From Acidobacteriota bacterium (GTDB lineage Bacteria > Acidobacteriota > CAIWXX01), in the NCBI GenBank assembly GCA_040755995.1, contig JBFMAF010000008.1, forward strand, positions 96,001 to 160,000: a DNA stretch of 64,000 nt, written 5' to 3'. The notes under the pieces are model-generated. The model made no database searches. It saw only the letters and a program-made list of their open reading frames with translations, and was not told the DNA's origin. Of the stretch, positions 28,410-38,900 are shown piece by piece. The position numbers and the translations under genes are program-made. Each line of letters begins with the position of its first letter. Positions within the stretch are counted from its first letter, which is position 1.

Positions 28410-28677
28410 GTGTCCTCCGTGTGAGTCCAGGGAATCCTCTGCGCCCGACAACAAATCGGGCGCAGGGAAGATCCTAGCAGATGCCGCCGGCTTTTGCAGT
28501 CTGGTTGTCCGCTCGCCCGCTCGCCGGGTCATCGGCAGTGCTACTGCAACCGACTGCCGGAGGCTCACGCCCCGGGCAACGCGCTTCCACTGTCCCTCGG
28601 TGAGCGCTCCCAGACGGAGGCCCTGGCCGGCGGTGAGACGGGGGAACTCACGAGGGCTCGATTCTTCGCCAGTGTGG

Positions 28678-28693
28678 TGTTAGATTGAGTGTA
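28678..28693 (+). promoter_or_regulatory. Extended -10 promoter positioned for a leaderless transcript
   Basis: TG-T-TAGATT (28678-28686), 6 nt before the ATG at 28693; no SD sequence. Confidence 0.55.
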
Positions 28694-29121
28694 TGAATTC
28701 TCTTGCGTTGATCCTCGCCTGCGCCCTCGGTTCGGCTGAAGCCGATGGCGTCCGAATGATCGACGCGCAGGCGACAGCTACCAGGGACAGCGATCAGGGC
28801 GCGGTCAAGCGCGAATCGCCGGAAACCGCTGCCACCGAGCCGGATCGAGAGAATACGTCAATCGAGTCGATACTGGATGAGCCGCCTACCTACACAGGCG
28901 AGCCCATCGATCTCGAACTCACGGATGCTCCGATTCAGCAGGTCATACGCCTGCTGGCGGAGATCGGCGGCTACAGCTACGTGCTCGATCCGGCCGTCGA
29001 CGGCAAGGTGACGATTCACCTCAAGGCAGTTCCGTGGGATCAGGCGCTCGCGCTCATCCTGCGCTCACACGGCCTCGGCTTCGATGTCGAGGGAAGCGCC
29101 CTGCTGATAGCAGATCCCTGA
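28693..29121 (+). CDS. Stand-alone secretin/TonB N-terminal (STN/N0, PilQ-like) domain protein
   Basis: Signal peptide; YTGEPIDLELTDAPIQQVIRLLAE....VLDPAVDGKVTIHLKAVPWDQALALIL. Confidence 0.75.
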   Translation: MNSLALILACALGSAEADGVRMIDAQATATRDSDQGAVKRESPETAATEPDRENTSIESILDEPPTYTGEPIDLELTDAPIQQVIRLLAEIGGYSYVLDPAVDGKVTIHLKAVPWDQALALILRSHGLGFDVEGSALLIADP

Positions 29122-29266
29122 GCCCCGATCCTGAGGGGCCGGCTGTCGCAGTCTGCGGCCGGGGGCGCCGCCATGATAGCGGTCCGCTGGATGTCCTCGA
29201 AGCTCACGTGTCTCCGTCTCCCCGCGTCTGCCCCCTCCATCATCACACTAACACGTGGAAGCATAC

Positions 29267-30208
29267 TCATATCATGACCTGGAGCGCCGACGGCAGCACA
29301 TCGATAGACTGGGGCTTTACGGTCAGGACCTCGCCGTCGACCATCACATCGATGGGCTCGTCGAGATCGAAGTCGATCCTCCTGGCGGCACAACGCCATG
29401 CCAGCGGATCGCGGATGTGCGTGCCGTCGTAGAGAGCGGGGAGCCGTCGAATGAGACCCAGGCGGCCGATCGGACTCCAGCGAACGAGCTCGATCAATCC
29501 GTCGCTCGGATCTGCGAGAGGCGCCAGCATCATCTTGCCTCCGGTGAACTTGCTGTTGTTGAACGTGAGCAAGAGGCAATCCCGCCGGTCGATCTCCGAG
29601 GACCCGTCCACTCGAAGTGGGAAGGCGCGGCCTCGATACCGGATCAGGCGCTGCAGTACGCCGAGCAGGTATCCCGCTTCGCCGAGGCGTTTGTAACGCC
29701 GGTTGGCGATCACGCAGACATCGGCGACGAAGCCGACGCTGAGGAGGTTGATGTAGTGAAGCAGCCCATCACCGTGGCTGAGGCGAAGCACATCGCACGG
29801 CCGCGACCGGTTCTCCAGCATCGCCCGCGTGGCGTCTGCGAGGCCGTTCGCGGTGAAGTCTCGGAGAAAGGAGTTACCGGTTCCAAGCGGAAGGAAGCCC
29901 AGGACCGGAGGCGGGCCTTCCGATGCCTCCGGGTACAGGCCGTTCACGATCTCGAACGCAGTGCCGTCGCCGCCGACCGCGATGAAGCGCTGGCATCCCT
30001 GGCAGTAGGCGGCGCGCGCGATCTCGACTGCGTGTCCGGCGTAGCGCGTTTCGGAGACCTCGAACAGCAAACCGGCCGAACGCAATCCGGCCAAGACATC
30101 GCCGGCCAGCCGGCCGCACCGCCCGTGCCCAGCCTTGGGATTGACGACGGCGATGGCACCGGTCGAGCTCGGCCGGACCGAGGTGCTGTCCCTAGGAGGG
30201 CCGATCAC
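29267..30208 (-). CDS. Diacylglycerol/lipid kinase family protein (DagK/YegS-like)
   Basis: VNPKAG, VGGDGT.FEIVNG, LPLGTGNSF, GG....AP.A...DG, VDGE. Confidence 0.92.
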   Translation of the reverse strand: MIGPPRDSTSVRPSSTGAIAVVNPKAGHGRCGRLAGDVLAGLRSAGLLFEVSETRYAGHAVEIARAAYCQGCQRFIAVGGDGTAFEIVNGLYPEASEGPPPVLGFLPLGTGNSFLRDFTANGLADATRAMLENRSRPCDVLRLSHGDGLLHYINLLSVGFVADVCVIANRRYKRLGEAGYLLGVLQRLIRYRGRAFPLRVDGSSEIDRRDCLLLTFNNSKFTGGKMMLAPLADPSDGLIELVRWSPIGRLGLIRRLPALYDGTHIRDPLAWRCAARRIDFDLDEPIDVMVDGEVLTVKPQSIDVLPSALQVMI

Positions 30209-30782
30209 TTCAGGCTCGAGAACAGCGGCCCAAGATCGAGCGTGAAGCCTGGGATAACGCGGCTCTCGACGGTCCCCGTCCCTTCTGCGGCGCTCTGCAG
30301 CACAAAGCGGTCCCCCTTCAGCTCGAGAATCTCGATCCGAGCTGTCTCGGGATCGACCACCCAGTACTCACGCACCCCAGCCCAGGCGTAGTCACGGCGC
30401 TTCTGCCACAGGTCCAGCTTCGCCGTAGAATGAGAAAGAATCTCGAAAACCACGTCCGGGGCCCGTGGATGTGGGTATCGCGCAGACGGTCTGCGTGCTC
30501 GTTGAGGATGACCATTAGGTCCGGTTGGTACGCCGTGTCATCGGCCAGGCGCACATCCAAAGGCGCGTTGTACACCTCACCGAGGCCGCCGTCTTCGACG
30601 TGCTTCATGAGCCGGTATTGAATGATCTTCGAAATCTTCTGGTGAAACCGCGATGGTGATGGACGTGGCATGGGTTCTCCGTGCACCAGAATCCAGTAAC
30701 CCGGCTGAGTCTCGGTCCAGGCGCGGAAGTCCTCGTATCGGCTGAAACGGATCGCTGGAGCGTGAGTCGCTTCTGTCGGCAT
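30205..30782 (-). pseudogene. Uma2-family endonuclease, frameshifted
   Basis: PSPSRFHQ, APLDVRL...YQPDL in one frame; VVFEILSHST..D...K...YA.AGVREYWVVDP in another; one base missing in the C4 run (plus-strand 30458-30461). Confidence 0.82.
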
Positions 30783-31075
30783 GGTGGCCCTCAATCAAGC
30801 CTGAGAGTATTATACGGAGCGCAGTCTGCTTGTTCAAATCGAGCTCGGCGGCTCGCGCCGGTCGACGGGCACAGTTCAAGTCGTGCGCTGTGGCACTACA
30901 GCCCCGGATTCCTCCGTGTGGCTCGTCGCACGCGGCGCGTTCGCCCCGGTCTGAGGCCGGCTGGTCCCAGCAGCCGGAGCAGGATGCGCAAAAGGCGTGT
31001 ATCATCTGACTGTGGACCTCCGGGACTTGGCATCGCCAATCGATCCGGTAGAATGCTGATCGTGAGGAGGCAGTC

Positions 31076-33247
31076 ATGAGGCTCGGCGCGAATGGCATTG
31101 CATTGTGTGCGTGCGCTCTGGTATTCACCGGTGCGAGCGCGGGCGAGGTGCGGGAGGAAGCGGCGGCTTCGGCTGTCGAGGTGCCGGTCTACGTCGCTGA
31201 TCGCGACGGGAACCCGGTCATGGATCTCAAGTCTGAGGATTTCACGGTGTACGAGGACGGCAAGAAGCAGAGCCTGCTCTTTGCTCAGATCGTCGTCGCC
31301 GGAGCTGTGCCCGCGGCCACTGTTGTAGGACAGACTCAACCGGCCCCGCCGTCTCCCGCGATCGAGGCGCCTCGCAATTTTGCGCTCCTGTTCGACCTCA
31401 CGTTCAACGACCTCGGCGGGATCCGTCGAGCGCGCGAGGCCGCCATGCGGTTCGTCACCGAGCAGGCAGCCGAGGATGATCGGATCGCCGTCTTCACGCT
31501 GTCGCGTGCAGGTCGCATCACCATGTGCTCGAACTTCACGACCGACCGCCGGAACCTCAAGGAAGCTCTTGCCACACTCAGCGCCAGGAAGAGTGCCGAG
31601 ACGCTCTCGGAGTCCGCGGGACTCGTTCAGGCGCCGCCCACCCCGTCTTCCACTTCGCTCGGGCTGGGCAAAGGTGTCGGCGCGCCGGACACGATGGCCG
31701 AAGGGATGCAGAACGCCCTGGCCGCGCTGGAGATCGAGGAGCAGCTGGCCGTCTCGGCCTTTGACCGGGCATCGTACCGCGCCGTCGTCCGCGACTACCT
31801 CTCGGACCTGCGCGATTTCGCCCGCTCCCTGGACGTGCTGCCCGGGCGCAAGTTCGTCGTCTTCTTCTCGGGTGGCTTCGACACAGGTTCCGCCTTCTAC
31901 AACACGCCCGATGCCAGCTACGAGTGGGGCGGCGGTGACTCGGGTGCCCCACCGGTAGTGATCGATTCGAGCCTGGGCACGACGGAGACGGCGACCGTCG
32001 ACTTGGCGACGACTGCAATGGCCAACTTCTCCACATCCGACTGCCGGTTCTACTGTATCGACACCGCCACCTTCGACAGTGGGGGAGTCGAATCTCAGGC
32101 CCGCCACAAGGAATCATTGACGTTCTTCGCGTCGGAGTCCGGGGGCAGGTATTTCAAGGCGGCGAGCGATGTCCAGAAACCGCTGGAGAGCATCGTGCAC
32201 GAGACCGGGCAGTACTACCTGCTCGCGTACACACCGCCGCCAAGCGGGGGAGAAGGGGCTTTCCACAGGATCAAGGTCGAGGTCTCACGCCTCGGGTTGT
32301 CCATCTCCCATCGCAGGGGGTATTACGAGAGCAAGCCGTTCAAGAAGTACTCCCGGTTCGAAAAGGACCTCCAGATTGCCGACATCGTAGAAAAAGATCG
32401 GCATCTCGAAGGGGTCGCTTTCCGTGCGCAGGCTTTCGCCAACCCGAGCAACTCAGCGAAGTGGAAGGAATTCGCCGAGGTATTGGTGCAGATCGACGTT
32501 CCCGGCGCTCAGTTCGGCCAATCCAAGACGCCGAAGATCGAGTTCCTCGCGTTCGCTACGACTGAGGCCGGGACGAGAGTGGACTTCTTCCGCGCCACGC
32601 CAAAGATCTCCGAGAAGGAGCTGGCCGAGAGGTTCGTCAAGGGCGGGATCGGGTACGCCGACGTCTTGATGTTGAGACCGGGCGGCTACAAGATCAAGGT
32701 GATCGTGCGCAACGCCGACACCGGTGCCGTCGGGACTCGTGACATCGCGATCAGCGTGCCTGAATTCGGCACGTCAGAGCCGTCGATGGCGACGGCGTGT
32801 TTTCTCTCGATCGGCTCCGATTGGATTCACGTGCGCGGGATCGATTCGTCGGTTTCGACCGGTCGGCTGAAGGGTTCCGGCCTTTCCTATCCGTTGCGCT
32901 TCGACGGCAAGGATCGCGTTGCTGCCGCGTGCCCGAATCTCGAGAACACCGCCGCGCGCACGCTCCTGCTGCGCCTCTACAACGTCTTCTCGAATCCCTC
33001 CACGGGCGCTCCCGAGCTGCGCGTGTCCTGGAGCGTCACGGATGAGGACGACCGGCGCGTTGGGGCGCCCGTGTGCAAGCTGATGCAACATGCCAGCCCG
33101 TCGCCTGGCACCCAGGAGCTCCTCTTCTCGGTGGCGCCGCCGGATCTGCCGCACGGGATGTACAGCCTGCGCATCACCGTCATCGACGAGGCCAGCGGCA
33201 GCGTGCTCACCGACGCCGTGCCGTTTTGCATCGGGCCGTGGGACTGA
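31076..33247 (+). CDS. Secreted VWA-domain protein (VWFA-related Acidobacterial type)
   Basis: VPVYV.DRDGNPV.DL..EDF.VYEDGKKQ, LLFD, PGRKFVVFFSGG, A.ESGG.YF, YYLLAY.P...FHRIKVEV...RRGYY; GAGGAGG RBS. Confidence 0.85.
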   Translation: MRLGANGIALCACALVFTGASAGEVREEAAASAVEVPVYVADRDGNPVMDLKSEDFTVYEDGKKQSLLFAQIVVAGAVPAATVVGQTQPAPPSPAIEAPRNFALLFDLTFNDLGGIRRAREAAMRFVTEQAAEDDRIAVFTLSRAGRITMCSNFTTDRRNLKEALATLSARKSAETLSESAGLVQAPPTPSSTSLGLGKGVGAPDTMAEGMQNALAALEIEEQLAVSAFDRASYRAVVRDYLSDLRDFARSLDVLPGRKFVVFFSGGFDTGSAFYNTPDASYEWGGGDSGAPPVVIDSSLGTTETATVDLATTAMANFSTSDCRFYCIDTATFDSGGVESQARHKESLTFFASESGGRYFKAASDVQKPLESIVHETGQYYLLAYTPPPSGGEGAFHRIKVEVSRLGLSISHRRGYYESKPFKKYSRFEKDLQIADIVEKDRHLEGVAFRAQAFANPSNSAKWKEFAEVLVQIDVPGAQFGQSKTPKIEFLAFATTEAGTRVDFFRATPKISEKELAERFVKGGIGYADVLMLRPGGYKIKVIVRNADTGAVGTRDIAISVPEFGTSEPSMATACFLSIGSDWIHVRGIDSSVSTGRLKGSGLSYPLRFDGKDRVAAACPNLENTAARTLLLRLYNVFSNPSTGAPELRVSWSVTDEDDRRVGAPVCKLMQHASPSPGTQELLFSVAPPDLPHGMYSLRITVIDEASGSVLTDAVPFCIGPWD

Positions 33248-33344
33248 CGGGGGTTGGGAGCGCAAGCGGGATTTCGCCGGGTATGGGAGTTCGTTCGGTG
33301 CTCTATTCACACGATTTGCAGTGACACGTATGCGGAGGGGGGAT

Positions 33345-33585
33345 ATGCAGAAGACACAGATCCACAACGTTGACGAGGAGGTATGCAAGGGTCTGGACAG
33401 GACCATCGGCCGGCGAAAAATGAGCGGATTCCTCCAAGAGCTGGTCCAGCCCCACGTCGCCCGCCCCAATCTCGAGTGCCAGTACGCTGAGATGGCTGGA
33501 GACAAGCGGAGGGAAAGGGAGGCTTTGGAGTGGGCTGAGACGACGTTCAAGGACGTAGCCCATGGCACGCGGCGCGCACTCGTGA
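33345..33585 (+). pseudogene. MazF/PemK-associated antitoxin lacking a stop codon, plus a 7-codon toxin stub
   Basis: MQK....VDEEV..GL.R.IGRRK.S.F...LV.PHV....LE..YAEMA.D..RE.EALEWAE; overlapping ATG GCA CGC GGC (MARG) at 33562 ends at TGA 33585. Confidence 0.6.
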
Positions 33586-34385
33586 GTCCATTTCGACGGC
33601 ACTGCTGGTGTATTGTTGCTCTGTCTACGATTGCCGCGACGGCACATGGGGAAGGGCCGCGCTTGACCCCCGAACAGCAGAGGGTGTTCCTTGCCAGTCG
33701 CGCCCCTTCCGGATCGATGACGGGATCGTTTTCCTCCTTCGCCAGTTTGCTCTATGCGATGCAAGAAGTGGTCATCCACTCCAGTGATTCACGCATCAAC
33801 GCGACTGTATTGGCGTCGTTCTTTCCAGACTTCTACAAGCCCACATGGCGTGAGTATCTTGATGATATCGCCAGGCAGTCCAAGTGTTCGTACAGCCATG
33901 ACGCACAGACGGGCTACTGGGTGTTCTCCGAGCCGGAGAATTCACTGCCGTACAGCGTCGATCTCGCTGAGGGATGGACCTGCCACGATGAAGGCCGGTA
34001 CGTCGGATATGCACCGCGCGGGGCGCCCGTAGGGATGGACCTCTACATGCTGGGAGAGTATTCCGCCAGCCCCAGCGAGGAAGCCGCGCTGTACCGGAGA
34101 GTCAGAGATGCCCTGGCGATCACCTTCGCATCGAATTTCAAACAGGATGTCGGTATCACAGAAATGCAAGAGGTCCTCGTCGACGGAGCGGAAGCTCTCT
34201 ACTTCGAAGCTCCTGCACCACGACCCGGCACCTTGTGGCGCCAGTGGGTCTTTGTGAAAAACGGTAGGGCCTTCGCCATCGTGAGCGCCGCCGCGCAGGA
34301 CGATGCCAAAGTGAGGTCAGAGATTGATGGGATGATCAAGTCGTTTCATGCCACGCTCCCTCGAGACCCGTCACGGCCCTCCTAG
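33582..34385 (+). CDS. Hypothetical secreted protein
   Basis: GTG start; signal-like SPFRRHCWCIVALSTIAATAHG; globular-looking composition. Confidence 0.6.
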   Translation: MSPFRRHCWCIVALSTIAATAHGEGPRLTPEQQRVFLASRAPSGSMTGSFSSFASLLYAMQEVVIHSSDSRINATVLASFFPDFYKPTWREYLDDIARQSKCSYSHDAQTGYWVFSEPENSLPYSVDLAEGWTCHDEGRYVGYAPRGAPVGMDLYMLGEYSASPSEEAALYRRVRDALAITFASNFKQDVGITEMQEVLVDGAEALYFEAPAPRPGTLWRQWVFVKNGRAFAIVSAAAQDDAKVRSEIDGMIKSFHATLPRDPSRPS

Positions 34386-34420
34386 CGCGCCATCTCCCGA
34401 ATCATCGCTGCCCCGCGAAT

Positions 34421-35032
34421 CTAGGCTCGTGGTTTCTCCAGCACGAGCAGGCGGCTTCTTCTGAGCCGGCGGAATTCCCGCTCCGCGAAACCGACCTCGC
34501 GGGCGAGCCGGCGTGTAGACTCGAACTCCTCGTTCGAGACGTGCCAGGACGGTTCGGCGAGAAGGAATGTGCCCCCCGAGCGCAGCAGATCGCGGCACTG
34601 CGTCAGAAACCGCCGAGGATAGGCGGTCTCGTGGACTACGTGAATAGCCAGGACGAGATCCGCCTGCCCTTCGAGGTGAGCCAGGCCGAAGCTCTCCTGC
34701 GAGGCGAGATGGGTCCGGATGATGTGGTCGACGTGCCGGCGCCGGGCGCGCCGCGAGAGCGAGGAAAGCATACGGGGCTGCACATCCACGCAAATTACCC
34801 GTCCGCCGGCACCGATCATCCGCGCCAAAGGCAGGCTGAAGAAGCCGAATGCCGCGCCGATGTCCACAGCCGTCATACCGGGCCCGGCAAAGGGAGCGAG
34901 GATGGTTTCGGGGTCTTCGGCCAGTTTGCGCAGCGGGTTGGCGATCAGGTAGCCGATCCACCAGGGACAGACATGACGATGTCTGGGAACTTCCTCAAGG
35001 ACGTTGGCTGAACTCGTGCCGTTCGCTGACAT
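34421..35032 (-). CDS. Class I SAM-dependent methyltransferase
   Basis: HVCPWW.GY...NPLRKL, VDIGAAFGFF, CVDVQP.ML, HVVHE, LAEP. Confidence 0.85.
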   Translation of the reverse strand: MSANGTSSANVLEEVPRHRHVCPWWIGYLIANPLRKLAEDPETILAPFAGPGMTAVDIGAAFGFFSLPLARMIGAGGRVICVDVQPRMLSSLSRRARRRHVDHIIRTHLASQESFGLAHLEGQADLVLAIHVVHETAYPRRFLTQCRDLLRSGGTFLLAEPSWHVSNEEFESTRRLAREVGFAEREFRRLRRSRLLVLEKPRA

Positions 35033-35050
35033 GGGGCCTCCATCTTCTTC

Positions 35051-35082
35051 TTGACAATCTGAGCGATTACTCACAATATAAT
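35051..35082 (+). promoter_or_regulatory. Promoter/operator region of the divergent methyltransferase-TetR pair
   Basis: TTGACA at 35051-35056, inverted repeat TGAG-N6-CTCA at 35060-35073, TATAAT at 35077-35082 (spacing non-canonical). Confidence 0.45.
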
Positions 35083-35176
35083 CTACGAGGAATTGCCGGA
35101 CTTGGCTACTCGCTTTTCGACGCACCCGACGGGAAGCGCCATACTGCGTGCAAATGCCCGGAATGCCGAGAGATAC

Positions 35177-35887
35177 ATGACGCGCTCCATCTCGCTCCGG
35201 CGTAAAAACAGACGAAAAGCTCACATTCGGCAAACCTCGTCCGCGACCCATTTCCGGCGCGAGCCGCGCCAGGAGCGGGCGCGGTTCACGATTGCCTGCA
35301 TCCTCAAGGCGGCGGCGGAGGTAATCGACGAGGCCGGTTGGTCGCATGCGTCCACGAATCGCATCGCCGACCGGGCCGGCGTGTCCATAGGAACGCTTTA
35401 TCAATACTTCGCGGACAAGGAGGCGATTCTGCGACGGCTCGTCGAAGGACACCACGAAGCCGTGCATGGTGTGGTCGGCGAGACCCTGAATCGGCTCGAT
35501 GATCCCGGGGTCGCGATTGAAGATGCAATGAGGGAGATGTTTCTCGCTCTGGTCCACCTGCACCGCGAAGATCCGGTGCTCACTCGCGTGCTCGCGTCAG
35601 AGGTGCCGCATCGCGTTTCCTCCAGCGAGCTGAAGGAAGAAGCGGCGGCCTACATCGACCGGATGGCGCGACTGCTGAGGTCTCGGCAAGAGGTCCGCGT
35701 CCGAGATCCTCTGAGATCCGCCCACATCCTCGCCATCACCGCGGAGGCCCTCACCCGGTGGCTGGCGCACGAGGCGCCCCACGAGCTGGATGCGAACCTG
35801 CTCATCGGCGATATCGTCCTCATGCTGTCCGCCTACCTCACCGGTGGACGCGCTCGCAGAGAGCCGCACGCCGTCGCGGCTCCATGA
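35177..35887 (+). CDS. TetR/AcrR-family transcriptional regulator
   Basis: PRQERAR.T...IL.AA..V....G....STNRIADRAGVSIGTLYQYF.DKEAI. Confidence 0.92.
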   Translation: MTRSISLRRKNRRKAHIRQTSSATHFRREPRQERARFTIACILKAAAEVIDEAGWSHASTNRIADRAGVSIGTLYQYFADKEAILRRLVEGHHEAVHGVVGETLNRLDDPGVAIEDAMREMFLALVHLHREDPVLTRVLASEVPHRVSSSELKEEAAAYIDRMARLLRSRQEVRVRDPLRSAHILAITAEALTRWLAHEAPHELDANLLIGDIVLMLSAYLTGGRARREPHAVAAP

Positions 35888-35924
35888 CCGAACCACAGTA
35901 TCATGCTCGAAAGGGAGACGACCC

Positions 35925-38900
35925 ATGAAACTAGTTCTGACTCGGCTTGCCCGACTTCTTCCCCTTCTACTCGCAACACTCCCCTGCGCGCGGGCCGGCG
36001 CGAGCAATGGCATCGCGTTGTCGAACCCGGGGTTCGAGGAGCCCGACGGCGCATTGGCAGTGCCCTCCGGATGGTCTGTCGACCAGGCTCCGGCTTCCGC
36101 AGAGAACGTGATCAGGCTCGACCGCGACGTGCGCCGCTCGGGTGTGACGAGCCTCGCGATCCGCAATGTGGTCCCGGCGAGTGCGGCCGTGACCTCCGAG
36201 CCGGTCGCGCTCGAAGTCGGACGCCTCTACCGGCTGAGTGCCTGGGTGAAGACCCAGGGTGCGCTCAGCGATGCCACGTCCCGCTACCCGACAGCCGTCC
36301 CTGCCTGCCTGACGATGGCATCGTTCCCGTTCACCAACCACTCGCCTGCCATCGGCGCCGACCGGGACTGGACGCGAGTCGAGGTGTTGTTCATCGCGAC
36401 GACCGCGCGCGACCGCGTGAGGCTCCACCTGGGCAACAATGGGACCGCCCTGGGCACTGCATGGTTCGACGACGTCGAGATCGACGTGGTCGATGACATC
36501 AGCGAGCTCGTCGTGCCCGAGACGGTCCGCTGGGTCGACCTCGGGTTCCGCTTTGACGACAAAGGTTGGATCTTCGTGCACATAGAAGGGGACCCGTACA
36601 GGCGCGGATACCAGCTAGGATACCTGGTCGCCGATGAGATCGCGACCTACATCACGAAGCTGGCAACGGCGGAGAATACGAAAGACCCGTCTGCGGGCTG
36701 GCAGTCGCTGCGGCTCCTGGCGGATTCGCTTTTGCTCCGCAAGTACGACGAAGAGTACCTCACCGAGATGAAAGGGATCGCCGACGGAGCCGCGCGCGCG
36801 GGCGCGAAGTTCGACGACCACCCCATCAACCTGCTCGACGTCGTAACTGTAAACTCCGTAGTCGATCTGGGGCAGCTCAAGGGCGGGCTGCGCGTGGCGC
36901 CGACTGCCCTCACCGGCAGAAGCTTCCTCTCGGCGGAAGACGAGATGAAAATCCCGGACGACAAGAACAGGTGCACTGGCTTCTCGGCCACGACACCGGC
37001 TACTTCCGACGGTCGGATCGTATTCGGGCAGATCTTCATGTGGGCCGGATACACGGGCGTGCATTTCAACGTGATGTGTGACGTCGTTCCAACAACCGGC
37101 CATAGGCTGGTCTACCAGACGTTTCCCGGCGGCATCCACTCCGGCACGGACTTCTACATCAACTCGGCCGGTATCGTCATCGGCGAGACGACGGTTGCCC
37201 AGACGCCGTTCGATCCGGAGGGTACACCGCAGTCAAACCGGATTCGCAAGGCAGCGCAGTACGCGAGCAGCATCGATGACGTTGTGCGGATCCTGCGTGA
37301 AAAGAACAACGGGCTGTACACCAACGACTGGCCGATCGCGGACATCAAGACCAACGAAGCCGCGATGTACCTGCTCGGAACGCACAAGGACAAGCTGTGG
37401 CGGAGCAGTGACAACCCGGCTCCATTCGGGACTCCCGGGTTCCTCTGGGCCAACAACAACGCTCGCGATCCCGAGGTGCGGAAGGAGTACGGCGTTCAGC
37501 CTGAGGACGCTCCATTCGATCTCGTCTTCTCTCCGTGGAATCGCGACGTGGCGTTCCAGGAATTCTACGACGGCCACAAGGGCAAGATCGATGCCACGGC
37601 AGCCGTGCGCCTGTGGGCGTCTTCCCCGATCAACCGCTCTCACGCGTGCGACGGCAAGATCACCACGAGCGAGATGGCGGAGAAGCTCGTGTTCCTGGCT
37701 CATTATGGAAAAGTCACGCTGCGTGAGAAGTTCCCCGCCAAGGACAATCGGCGCATGCCGGATCTGCCCGGAGCGATCCCGCATCTATCGCTCGGATACT
37801 CGACGGTCAGCCCGATCTTTGTCGCAGACAAGATGAAGGAACTGCACGCGCGAAGTCCCGAGGCCAGGAGTGCCGGCGCGGACCCCACGCTCAAGCTCGA
37901 CGCGGTCAAGGACAGGTACACGGTGGAGAAGAAGCGGCTGTGGCGCGGCACGATGTACCCGGAGACGGATGCCGTGGACTGGCTGATCAGCGGGTCCGCG
38001 GCGTACTGGCAGATGCTGAATGATTTGCCCGAGAAGCAGGAAGACGCCTTCAAGTCGCTGCGCGACAAGCTCGCGGATCTCAACCATCGTCTTCTGTACG
38101 TGCTCTCGCGCGAGGATGACCTTGCGCCGGTGGATGCGATGCGGGTCTACGACCGGTACGGCCCGTACCAGATCCCGCGCATCAAGGGCACGTTTGCTCT
38201 TCACCAGCTCCGGCTGCTTCTCGGCAACGAGGAGTTCCTGAAGGCGATGGACGAGGTCCATCGCCGGTATGCGGGCAAGAACATCGGCACCGAAGCCTTC
38301 TTGAGCACAGTGAATCGGGCTGCCGGCCGCGACCTGGCGCCGTTCGTCACTCAGTGGATCGGCCGAAAGGGACTGCCGGACGTGTCGCCGGCAGTCGACG
38401 TCAAGAAGGCGGGCGGCAGATGGCGTGTGACCGTGGAGGTGAAGCAGGGCGCTGAGCAGTATCATCTCTTCACGAGCGTCGCGGTCGACGCCGGGAAAGA
38501 GCGTGTCCTGAAGCCGATCGAGATCAAGGGTGCGAAGACGCACGTGGAGTGGACGTTCGCCGAACGGCCCACGCGCGTTGTTTTCGATGCGAGCAACGAC
38601 ATCCCGGTGCTTACCGACAACCTGTACACCTGGGCCAGCTACGTTGACGACTTCCACTCAACGCTGATCGTCTACGGCACTTCGCGGCAGATCGAGGCCA
38701 ATCACACGCTTGCGCTGCGCTGGCAGAGCACGCTCGCTGACGCCTACGCAGAGATCCTCTCGCCGGTTGCGAAGGACTGCGAGGTCAGCGACGCCGATCT
38801 CGCCTCGCACGATTTGATGCTGCTGGGCCAGCCCGAGGACAACTCGCTCGTTGCTCGAATCGCACCGAAGCTGCCGGTCGCATTCGGAAAAAACTACTTC

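Noticed and set aside
28533..28548. GG-N10-GC sigma54-like site / GCAGT-GCT-ACTGC palindrome
   Set aside because: Poor match outside GG/GC, and the downstream gene already has a better extended -10
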